Source: Myxococcota bacterium (GTDB lineage: Bacteria; Myxococcota_A; UBA796; UBA2385). Taken from it: a stretch of 64,000 nucleotides of DNA. The translations under genes were made by a program, and so were the position numbers. The notes beneath the pieces were generated by a model. The model ran no database searches, was not told the origin of the DNA, and saw only the letters and a list, made by a program, of their open reading frames with translations. Below are positions 56,241-64,000 of the stretch, one piece after another; position 1 is the first letter of the stretch; each line of letters opens with the position of its first letter. The stretch spans positions 160,001 to 224,000 of the forward strand of contig JBIJDH010000010.1 in assembly GCA_044344255.1 (NCBI GenBank), in the 5' to 3' direction.

Positions 56241-57107
56241 TTAGGGATGGGGCCGGGCCGGCGGGAAGAGGGAGGCCTGCCGCATCGGCGCCGGTCGAAG
56301 GAGGAGGCCGCCAACCGCCGCCTCCAGCCCCTCGATGAGGGCCGGCAAGTCGCGGTTGTCGGGCTGGTGGACGAAGATGTGCGCCTCACGGAGGCCCTGG
56401 GCCTCGGCCGCCCGGAGCGCCTCCCCCCAGGCGGCGAAGCGCGCGGGGGTGGAGGGGTGATGGAGCTCGACCAGGAGCCGCAGGATGAGGCGGTCGGTGG
56501 GCAGCGTGCCGTGCACGACGTCGCGGCGGGCGGGGGTGTCGGTGACGACCGCCGACAGGCCGAGGTCGGCCATCCAGGCCGCGGCGGCCGACTGGAGGCG
56601 CCCGCCCGTGAAGAAGTCGGGGTGTCGGAGCTCGAGCGCGCCGGGCGGTCCGCCCCCGGCGACGAGGGCCCCGAGGCGGCGTCGGAGCTCGGCCTGGTCG
56701 AGGGGGCCGGCCTCGGGCGGGGCCTGGAAGAACCAAGGGCCGGCGCGGTCGCCGAGCGCCTCGACCACCGCGCGGAAGCCCGCCACCTCGGCCGCCCAGT
56801 CGGCCCCGCCGTGCGAGACGGAGCGCGGCACCTTCGCGCAGAAGCGGAAGGCCGGCGGGGTGTCCCCGGCCCAGCGGCGCGCGAGCGGCAGCGCCGGCAG
56901 GGCGTGAAAGGTCGAGTTGAGCTCGATGGCGCCGTAACGCTCGGACCAGGCGGCGAGGCGGCGCGGGCCGGAGGGGTAGGCGTCGAAGCCCTGGGTCCAG
57001 GTCGAAGCGCCGACGCGCACCCGGAGCGGGCCGGGCGGCCCGGGCCGCAGCGGCTCCCATGGGGGCAGGCGCGGGTCGAAGGCGACGTCGCCGCGGCCGA
57101 ATTGCAC
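56241..57107 (-). CDS. DUF72 family protein
   Basis: IELNSTFH, FRFCAKVP, FFQAPP, LELRHP motifs. Confidence 0.88.
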   Translation of the reverse strand: MQFGRGDVAFDPRLPPWEPLRPGPPGPLRVRVGASTWTQGFDAYPSGPRRLAAWSERYGAIELNSTFHALPALPLARRWAGDTPPAFRFCAKVPRSVSHGGADWAAEVAGFRAVVEALGDRAGPWFFQAPPEAGPLDQAELRRRLGALVAGGGPPGALELRHPDFFTGGRLQSAAAAWMADLGLSAVVTDTPARRDVVHGTLPTDRLILRLLVELHHPSTPARFAAWGEALRAAEAQGLREAHIFVHQPDNRDLPALIEGLEAAVGGLLLRPAPMRQASLFPPARPHP

Positions 57108-57288
57108 CGTCAGCCCCTGGCGCCGAGCGGTTCACGGGGCGCGAGGCGCCTGCCGAAGCTCGCCCGGGAGGGCGGCCAGGGGACGGGGTCGGGGGACGGC
57201 GGGGAGAGGTCCATCGGGCCTCCGGCGACCGTGGTGAGTCCACGGGGCCCTCGGGGTATCGCGTCGCGCAGACGCAGGCGCGCCCGAC

Positions 57289-57366
57289 AGGATCTGCATC
57301 GCGCTCTCCGGGGATCGCGAGCCCGCGGCGTAAGATGCGCGGGCCGTGCGGCACAACCGCCCGCGC
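57289..57366. repeat. 78-bp direct repeat, copy 2
   Basis: Matches 56143-56220. Confidence 0.9.
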
Positions 57367-57400
57367 CCCCCGTCCTCCCTCCCCAGAGCTCGCCCCCCCG

Positions 57401-60400
57401 ATGGACCCCGCGCAGGCCGCGCCCGCCCGCACCCCAGCCCCAGCCCCAGCCCCTTCCCCGGCGGCCAGCCCTGGCGCCTCGCTGGGCGGGCGCTTCCTCC
57501 TGCTGTCTCCCCTCGGCAGCGGGGGGCAAGGCGCTGTCTTTCGTGCCTTCGACCAGGACACGGGCGAGCTCCTCGCCCTCAAGGTCCTGCACACCGGCGG
57601 CGCAGAGGCCCACCCGGCGCTCAAGCGGGAGTTCCGCGCGCTCGAGGGCATCCGCCACCCCGGCCTCGTGCGCCTCTACGAGCTCTTCATCGACGGAGAG
57701 GCCGCCTGGTACACGATGGAGCTGCTCGAGGGCGAGCCCCTCATCGAGCACCTCGACAGCCCCGACCGCGCCCGTCGCCTGGGCGGCGTGCTCCAGCAGC
57801 TCTGCGGGGCGCTCCAAGCCCTCCACGCCGCCGGGCGGGTCCACCGCGACGTGAAGCCGGCGAACATTCGCCTCACGGAGGACCGGCGGGCCGTGCTCAT
57901 CGATCCCGGCCTCGTGGTGGGCTTCGTCGACCGGAGCGGGGTCGATCCACGCGCCCTCTCCCCCGCCGCCGGCACGCCCCGCTGGCAGGCCCCGGAGCAG
58001 GCGGCAGGCGGCGCGCTCTCCCCCGCCGTGGACGTCTACGCCCTCGGCCAGCTCTGGCAGGCCCTCGGCGAGCCCGAGGCGGCCGACCTCCCCGCCCGCC
58101 TGTCCGACTGCCTCCGACGCGCTCGGGCGTTCGAGGCGCGGGACCGCTGCAGCCTCGCCGAGCTGAGCCTGGCGCTCGACGCCTGGCTCGGGGCGCCGCC
58201 CACCGGCGAGGTGGCCCACCCAATCGAGCTCCTCGGCGCCGAGCCCCTCCTCTCCGCCCTCGACGGGGCCCTCGCGGCCTGGTCGGCGCAGGAGCCGGCC
58301 CTCCTCGGCCTCGTGGGGGCCCCGGGCTCCGGCAAGACCGGCCTGCTCAGCGCCTGGGCGCGGACGGCGCACCGAGCGGATCGCCTCTGCCTCGTCATCC
58401 CCTGCGACCCCACCGAGTCGATCCCCTTCCAGGCCCTCGACCGCCTCATCGACCGCCTCGCTGGCGCCCTCCGCGCCGGCGACCTCCACTCCGAAGCCCT
58501 GCACCCCGAAGCCCTCGCTCCCGACGACGCCCGCGCCCTCACGCAGCTCTTCCCGGTCCTCCAAGGCGCCCTCGGCGATGAGCCGCGCCCCAGCCGCGCT
58601 CTCGACCCTGCGCGCGCCCGGGGGCGGGCGGTCACCGCGCTCCGCGGCCTCCTCCACGGCTACCTCTCCTCGCGGCGGGTGGTCCTCATCCTCGACGACG
58701 CCCAATGGCTGGACGCCGACAGCCACAGCCTGCTCACCGAGCTCACGCGGCCCCCCTCCGCGCTGCCGCTCCTCCTGGTGCTCGGCGTCCCCTCCGAGGG
58801 CATCGCAGGGGAGCTCTTCCCGGCCCTCCGCCCGACCCTGCTCCACCTCCACCCCCTCAGCCCGGAGGCCTCGCTCCTCCTGCTCCGCCAGCGCGGGGTG
58901 GGGGAGGACCTCATCCCCGGCGTCCTCTCGGCCGCGGCGGGCAACCCGCACCTGCTGTCCACCCTCGCCTCGCTCGGGGTGGGCGGCCTCGCCGGCTGGA
59001 TCGCGGCGGCCGAGGCGCGCCACGGCACCCTGGCGCTGGATCTCCTCCGCACCTTCGCCCTCGCCGGCGCCCCCCTCGATCCCGCCGGGCTGCTCGACGT
59101 CCTCCCCACCGCGGGGCCGACGCTGCGGGCGCTCCGCAGCCAAGGCCTGCTCCGCGAGAGCCCCCTGCCGACAGCCCGCGGCGCGCGCACCATCGGCCTC
59201 ACCCTCGGCCACGAGGCGCTGGCCGCCGTCCTCCTCTCCGAGCTGACCGCCGTGGAGCGCCTCGCCCTCCACGCGCGCATCGCCCACGGGCTCGTGCGCA
59301 CCGAAGACGCCCGCATCGACCTCCTCGTGCACCACACCGACGCCGCCGGAGACCGGGAGCGGGCCCTCCAGTTGGCAGAGGCGGCCGCCGCCCAGGCCTG
59401 GCAGGCGCAAGAGGCCAGACAGGCCTATCGGCTCTATCGGCTCGTCGAGTCACTTGATCCTGCCTGGCGCGCCGCGGCGATCCAGCGCCGGATCGCCGAG
59501 GTGGCGGCCAGCCTGGGCCAGGCCGAGGCCGCCGCCGCCGCCTGGGACCGTGTCCTCGCCGCCCTCCCCCTCGACCCTGACCACCAAGAGCTCCGCGTCC
59601 TCGCCCGAACGGGCCGGGTGGAGCAGCTCTTCCGCTGGGGAGACGCCGCGGCCGGCCGACAGGCGCTCGAGGGCCTGCTCCAAGAGCTCGGCCACCGCCT
59701 CCCTCGGGGCCGCCTCTCCCTGGCCCTCCACACCGCCTGGGGGAGGCTCCGGCGCCTCTGGTCCGGCATGCGCTGGCGGGCCGACGAGCGGAGCGCCCCC
59801 GCCTCCGCGCTCCGAGCCCTCTGGGTGGCGACGCTCTCTCGCTCCTTCCGCGACCTCTTGGAGGAGGAGTACATCGGCCTGCTCTACGTCGACGAGGCCC
59901 TGCGCGGGGCCCCCCCCTGGGCCCTCGCCCGCGCCCTCGCCTGGGAGGCGGGCGCCCGAGAGCGAAACCCGCTCGCCCGCCTCACCGGCGCCCCCGACCG
60001 CCTCCTCGACACCGCCCGTCGCATGGGAGACGAGGCCCTCGGCCCCTATGAGCGCGGCGTGATCGAGAACTACGAGGTGGTGCTCCAGTTCTCGCGCGGG
60101 AACCAGGAGGCCTGTCGGCGGGCCGGCGAGCGGGCCCTGTCCGCCTATCGGGAGGCCGTCGAGTCCACCTACTGGGGGGAGTTCAACGTCGCCGTGATGG
60201 CGAACGGCGCCCTCTGGTACGCGGGCCACATCCGCGCGCTCCGGGCCTTCACCCACGAGCACCGGATCATCGAGCGGGCCCACGACCTCGCCGGCCTCTG
60301 GGACGACGGCCACTGGTGGACCGCCCTGCGCATGGCCCTCCTCGAGGGGGAGCTCAGCGCCGCCCAGACCCTGCTCGACGCCTGTGAGGCGCGCTGGGCC

Positions 60401-60931
60401 CGCCTCGGCCCCTCCCTCGGGGCCTGGTCCCGCGGGCTGGCGCGCGCCGAGCTCGCGGTGGCGCGGGGGGACCTCGAGGGGGCGGCGGCCTGTCTCCCCG
60501 AGGCCAATCGGGTGGTCCGACAGAGCGGCGCCTGGCTCATCCATTGGGCGGCCGGCACCTGGCGCTTCCAACGCGCGGGGATCCTGCTCGCCGCTGCCCA
60601 CCACCGGGGCGAGCGGCAGGCCCCCGCCGCGGTCCTGTCCGATGCCCGCTGGCTCGACCGCTGCCGCTGGACCCCCGGCCCGGCCACCGCCGCCCTCCTC
60701 CGCGCCGCCGCCGCCGCGCTCGAGGGGCGCCCCGCCGAGGCCGACGGCGCGCTCACCCTCGCCCGACGAGAGGCCGAGCGACACGGCGCCGGCCTCCTCA
60801 CCTGGTGGATCGACTGGGCCCGGGCGCCGGTCGAGGCGCCGATCTCGAGCCTCGACCCCGAGATCGATCCGGCGCGGCTCGCCGCCAACATCTTGCCGCT
60901 CCCCGCCTCCCTCTTCACCCGGGCCCGCTGA
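57401..60931 (+). CDS. Ser/Thr kinase + AAA/STAND-like NTPase + helical repeats (DFG->DPG)
   Basis: LGSGGQG, ALK, HRDVKPAN, IDPG, APE; GAPGSGKT, ILDDAQW, GNP. Confidence 0.85.
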   Translation: MDPAQAAPARTPAPAPAPSPAASPGASLGGRFLLLSPLGSGGQGAVFRAFDQDTGELLALKVLHTGGAEAHPALKREFRALEGIRHPGLVRLYELFIDGEAAWYTMELLEGEPLIEHLDSPDRARRLGGVLQQLCGALQALHAAGRVHRDVKPANIRLTEDRRAVLIDPGLVVGFVDRSGVDPRALSPAAGTPRWQAPEQAAGGALSPAVDVYALGQLWQALGEPEAADLPARLSDCLRRARAFEARDRCSLAELSLALDAWLGAPPTGEVAHPIELLGAEPLLSALDGALAAWSAQEPALLGLVGAPGSGKTGLLSAWARTAHRADRLCLVIPCDPTESIPFQALDRLIDRLAGALRAGDLHSEALHPEALAPDDARALTQLFPVLQGALGDEPRPSRALDPARARGRAVTALRGLLHGYLSSRRVVLILDDAQWLDADSHSLLTELTRPPSALPLLLVLGVPSEGIAGELFPALRPTLLHLHPLSPEASLLLLRQRGVGEDLIPGVLSAAAGNPHLLSTLASLGVGGLAGWIAAAEARHGTLALDLLRTFALAGAPLDPAGLLDVLPTAGPTLRALRSQGLLRESPLPTARGARTIGLTLGHEALAAVLLSELTAVERLALHARIAHGLVRTEDARIDLLVHHTDAAGDRERALQLAEAAAAQAWQAQEARQAYRLYRLVESLDPAWRAAAIQRRIAEVAASLGQAEAAAAAWDRVLAALPLDPDHQELRVLARTGRVEQLFRWGDAAAGRQALEGLLQELGHRLPRGRLSLALHTAWGRLRRLWSGMRWRADERSAPASALRALWVATLSRSFRDLLEEEYIGLLYVDEALRGAPPWALARALAWEAGARERNPLARLTGAPDRLLDTARRMGDEALGPYERGVIENYEVVLQFSRGNQEACRRAGERALSAYREAVESTYWGEFNVAVMANGALWYAGHIRALRAFTHEHRIIERAHDLAGLWDDGHWWTALRMALLEGELSAAQTLLDACEARWARLGPSLGAWSRGLARAELAVARGDLEGAAACLPEANRVVRQSGAWLIHWAAGTWRFQRAGILLAAAHHRGERQAPAAVLSDARWLDRCRWTPGPATAALLRAAAAALEGRPAEADGALTLARREAERHGAGLLTWWIDWARAPVEAPISSLDPEIDPARLAANILPLPASLFTRAR

Positions 60932-63102
60932 TGCTCCTCCTGCTCGCCCTCGCCCTCGGCCGGCCTGTCGGCGCCACAACGCCGACCTCACCCGCGCGGA
61001 CTGACCTGGCCTGTCCAATCCCCGTCACCGGCTTCAACAGCCTCAACGCCTTCTGCGAAGGGCGCGGGATGGTGGCCGGCGTGGGGAACCCGCCCATCCT
61101 GTCGCTGATCCTGCGGCCGGTCGAGTGGACATCGCTGCCCACTGACCCCCGGGCGCAGCGGCTCCAGCGGGCGGCCGGCGCCGGCGAGAGCGACCCGGAG
61201 GCGGACAACGGCAGGTCCACGCCGCTGGAGCGCGCCCAGAGCGGATACCTCATCCTGTGGGGAGACGAAGCCCGCCTATCCCCGCTCCCCGCCCCCGCTC
61301 GGGACAACCCACGCCTCGCTCGCCTGCGGGCGCTCATCGAGGACCGATACGGCCTGCTATTCGAAGAGGGCGGCCCGGCGACCAATCAGGTGATCGGGAG
61401 CCTCCGCACGAAGGTGAAGGACCCTTCGCGCCCGGGCCCCGGGGTGGACGTCGCCGTCGCCGGCTGCGCCCTCTGCCACACGGGGAAGGTCTTTGGGGAG
61501 GTGGTCCCCGGGCTTGGCAACAAGCGGATCGACGTCGAGACCATCAACAACCTCTTCCACCACATCAACAAGACCCACACGCCGCGTCGTGAGCTCCGCG
61601 CCCGACCCGAACCGTTCGCGGTCGAGCCCAGCGCCTCCCTCACGGCCACTCCCGCCGATCTCCGGCGTCGCGCCCTGCAGGTGAACGGACGGATGCGCGA
61701 CAAGGACTGGTCCAACCGCGCCAGGGGCCCCCTCTCGGACGCCTACGTGATGTGGTGGGTGCGGGGACACGCCGCCCAGCTCATCGAGGGCGCCGATCCC
61801 AAGGCCGCCCGGCTCCTCCGAATGGATGACGACAGCGTCCTCGGGCGCGGAGAGGTCAAGATCCCCTCCCTCTGGTATTTCAGCGCCCGCCGAGGGCCGT
61901 CCTGTACAACGCCGCTGCAGGCCGGCGGCCCCGTCACCGAGTGCGAGGTCGGGCTCTTCGTAGACGGCGTCGCCGCCTCCCGCGACCTCCTCGCCGGGGC
62001 TCAGCTCGGGGGAGACCCCTCGATCACCACCTGGCGGTCTCCGGCCTTCCTGCAGCGGGTGGCCGACATGGAGGCGATCCTACTGAGCCCGGAGAAGTCG
62101 CTCCGCGCGCCCGCCTATCCCTGCCGGTCCGACATTAACGCCGAGCTCTACACCGCGGGCCACCGGCTCTATCGAATGGGCCGGACGACCGCCCCCGTGA
62201 CCGCCGCGCTCAAGGCCGCTGAGGAGGCCGCCCAGGCGCTACAGCCCGCGGGCGCCCCGCCCCGAGACCGGGGAGAGCTCGGGAGCTGCCAGTATTGCCA
62301 CGGGGACCCCGGCGACCCCCTGGGATGGGCGACCGGGACGATCAGCGGCCCCGCCTGGGCGGCGCCCGAGATGATCCCCATCGAGCTCGTCCGAACGGAC
62401 CGCGAGCGGCTGCGGATGGTCGCGGACTGCCGAGACCCGCTCGGGACAAAGGCCGGCCGCACAGAGCGCGCCGAGTGCCTGCAGAACCGGCAGGCCTTCG
62501 ACATCATCTCCGCCGAGGCCTCGAAGGGGCTGAACCGGACCCTCCTCGGCCGCGCCACCTGGGCCGACGAAGACCCTCTCCACGGCGTCCCGATCGGCTA
62601 CTTCGCGCCCCGCCTCGAGGGCATCTGGGCGCGCTTTCCCTACCTCCACAACGGCAGCGTCCCCACCCTCGACGACCTCCTCGGTGACCCCTCCCAGCGG
62701 CCCCGCGACTTCAGCCTGTCCGACGCCGCGGAGGTCAAGGGTTACGATCGGCGCCGCGCAGGGCTGCGCGTCTATGTCGAAGACGACGCGCGCAAGCTGC
62801 GCCAGCTGGGGCTCACCCCCGAGACCTCCCGCCGCATGCCCGGCTACGACAGCCCCGGCGGGGTCTGGTCCGACCGCGGCGATCGGGACAACTACGCCGT
62901 GGCCTGGTGGCCGGTGGGCGAGATGGGCTGCACCCCGGAGGAGGCCGATCCCGAGACCGGGGGCTGCTGGGCGAACCGCGGCCACGCCTACTGGGGGTCG
63001 ACCGGCCTCCCGCCTGGGGAGCGCGCGGCGCTGATCACCTACCTCCGCACCGTGGGGGAGGGCGTGGCCGAGGCCGACCAGCCCGGCTGCGCGGCGCGCT
63101 GA
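60931..63102 (+). CDS. Secreted di-heme c-type cytochrome (RoxA/peroxidase-like)
   Basis: Signal peptide; CALCH and CQYCH; Y.AP.L.GIWA..PYLHNGSVPTL; N.GH; TGATG coupling to the kinase. Confidence 0.8.
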   Translation: MLLLLALALGRPVGATTPTSPARTDLACPIPVTGFNSLNAFCEGRGMVAGVGNPPILSLILRPVEWTSLPTDPRAQRLQRAAGAGESDPEADNGRSTPLERAQSGYLILWGDEARLSPLPAPARDNPRLARLRALIEDRYGLLFEEGGPATNQVIGSLRTKVKDPSRPGPGVDVAVAGCALCHTGKVFGEVVPGLGNKRIDVETINNLFHHINKTHTPRRELRARPEPFAVEPSASLTATPADLRRRALQVNGRMRDKDWSNRARGPLSDAYVMWWVRGHAAQLIEGADPKAARLLRMDDDSVLGRGEVKIPSLWYFSARRGPSCTTPLQAGGPVTECEVGLFVDGVAASRDLLAGAQLGGDPSITTWRSPAFLQRVADMEAILLSPEKSLRAPAYPCRSDINAELYTAGHRLYRMGRTTAPVTAALKAAEEAAQALQPAGAPPRDRGELGSCQYCHGDPGDPLGWATGTISGPAWAAPEMIPIELVRTDRERLRMVADCRDPLGTKAGRTERAECLQNRQAFDIISAEASKGLNRTLLGRATWADEDPLHGVPIGYFAPRLEGIWARFPYLHNGSVPTLDDLLGDPSQRPRDFSLSDAAEVKGYDRRRAGLRVYVEDDARKLRQLGLTPETSRRMPGYDSPGGVWSDRGDRDNYAVAWWPVGEMGCTPEEADPETGGCWANRGHAYWGSTGLPPGERAALITYLRTVGEGVAEADQPGCAAR

Positions 63103-63103
63103 G

Positions 63104-63130
63104 GCCGGCGGCGAGGAGATCCGGCTTTTT
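63104..63130 (+). terminator. Possible intrinsic terminator
   Basis: GCCGG...CCGGC followed by TTTTT just after the stop. Confidence 0.35.
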
Positions 63131-63267
63131 CCTGCATCCCCCGTTCGGGGGATGCCACGGACAGGGCCACCGGCCTACCCATAAGGACCTCGGCCTCCTC
63201 GGCTCCCTCCCCGCGACGTCCCGTCGCATCGGCGAGGGGCCGGGCCCGCGGATTGGAGTGGATTTAC

Positions 63268-64000
63268 TTGAGACCCTCGCCACCCCTGCGTCCCCGCCTC
63301 GGAGACACCCGCCCAGCGCTCCCGTGGGTCCTGGCCCTCTCCTCGCTCCTCGCAGGCTGCTACTCGACACGGAGGCAGCACGTCATCGGCGACTATGAGC
63401 TCCCGCCTCTCGAAGAGGGCGATGCGCTGCGCGTGCAGGTGTCGACAGGCAGCGCGAGCGAGTACCAAGGTCGCATCCCGGTCTGGTACCTCCAAGAAGC
63501 GGGGATCGCACCCTCGACCCTTCACGAAGCGCCCCTCTCGAAAGAGGTGCGGCGCAACAGAGAGCGTCGTGCCACAGCGATGGTCGGCCCCGGTGAAGTG
63601 CTCGCGGACGAGGCACCGCCGGGGTGGCAATTCGAGCCGGCGATCCCGGGTGCGAACCGCGCGGACGTCACCTGCGACTACCGCCTGGAGCTGACCAACA
63701 CGGGGATGAAGGCGGCGCCCGGCATGGCGCTCCTCTGGGTCTCCATCCCGATCAGCGTCTTTACCTTTACGCTCCTCCCGGCACCAATCACCTTCCGCAG
63801 TCCCCCAAAGGACCCGCCATCGATAGAGGTCCGACGTTGCGCAGACGAGGCGGTGGTCTTCAAGGGCGAGTATTCTATCCAACAGCTTGCGACGCTTTGG
63901 GCGTACGGAACCCACTACACCGACTGGATCATCCTCGATGAAGATCCGTTTGAGGCCATTCTGGAGGACCACGCGGCCATCCTGGAGGACCAGCGGAGCA
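63268..64000 (+). CDS. Hypothetical lipoprotein, runs off the window
   Basis: GGAG then TTG; LLAGC lipobox; frame open to the window end by manual translation; lower GC than flanks. Confidence 0.55.
   Translation, partial: MRPSPPLRPRLGDTRPALPWVLALSSLLAGCYSTRRQHVIGDYELPPLEEGDALRVQVSTGSASEYQGRIPVWYLQEAGIAPSTLHEAPLSKEVRRNRERRATAMVGPGEVLADEAPPGWQFEPAIPGANRADVTCDYRLELTNTGMKAAPGMALLWVSIPISVFTFTLLPAPITFRSPPKDPPSIEVRRCADEAVVFKGEYSIQQLATLWAYGTHYTDWIILDEDPFEAILEDHAAILEDQRS

Noticed and set aside
56143..57366. Repeat-flanked DUF72 segment as an IS or transposon
   Set aside because: No transposase or terminal inverted repeats; 78 bp is far longer than a target-site duplication
53583..57854. Very long opposite-strand ORFs (e.g. 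1423 aa here, 16346-19360, 47537-49612, 12805-14481)
   Set aside because: Antisense shadows of real high-GC genes; no motifs and biased composition

Overview
Very GC-rich bacterial chromosomal window, most consistent with a Myxococcota/deltaproteobacterial genome (inferred from Ser/Thr kinase-NTPase-TPR fusions, FHA, TSP3-OmpA and MYXO-CTERM-like proteins, and many acidic lipoproteins). It holds about 45 genes and no recognisable rRNA, tRNA, CRISPR array or intact transposase. Core genes: hemH, rpsO, pnp, dut, ppa, a FabH-like gene, an lpoB operon and cphA. Highlights: (1) a coupled adhesin + beta-barrel/TSP3/OmpA pair with TraA/TraB-like architecture but a lamin-tail head domain, flanked by an SMI1/KNR4-TPR-HEAT gene and two paralogous lipoproteins behind a Pho-box-like operator; (2) a lower-GC island (~32.6-34.7 kb) with an orphan helical gene, an 8x21-bp phased repeat array, an HTH relic and a truncated C5 DNA methyltransferase; (3) cphA coupled to a CphA-like Mur ligase lacking ATP-grasp, plus a 78-bp duplication of the cphA promoter/start bracketing a DUF72 gene; (4) a DFG->DPG kinase coupled to a RoxA-like di-heme protein; (5) a probable CTG start for ppa and structured rpsO/pnp leaders. 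All family calls come from motif recognition by eye, not database searches.
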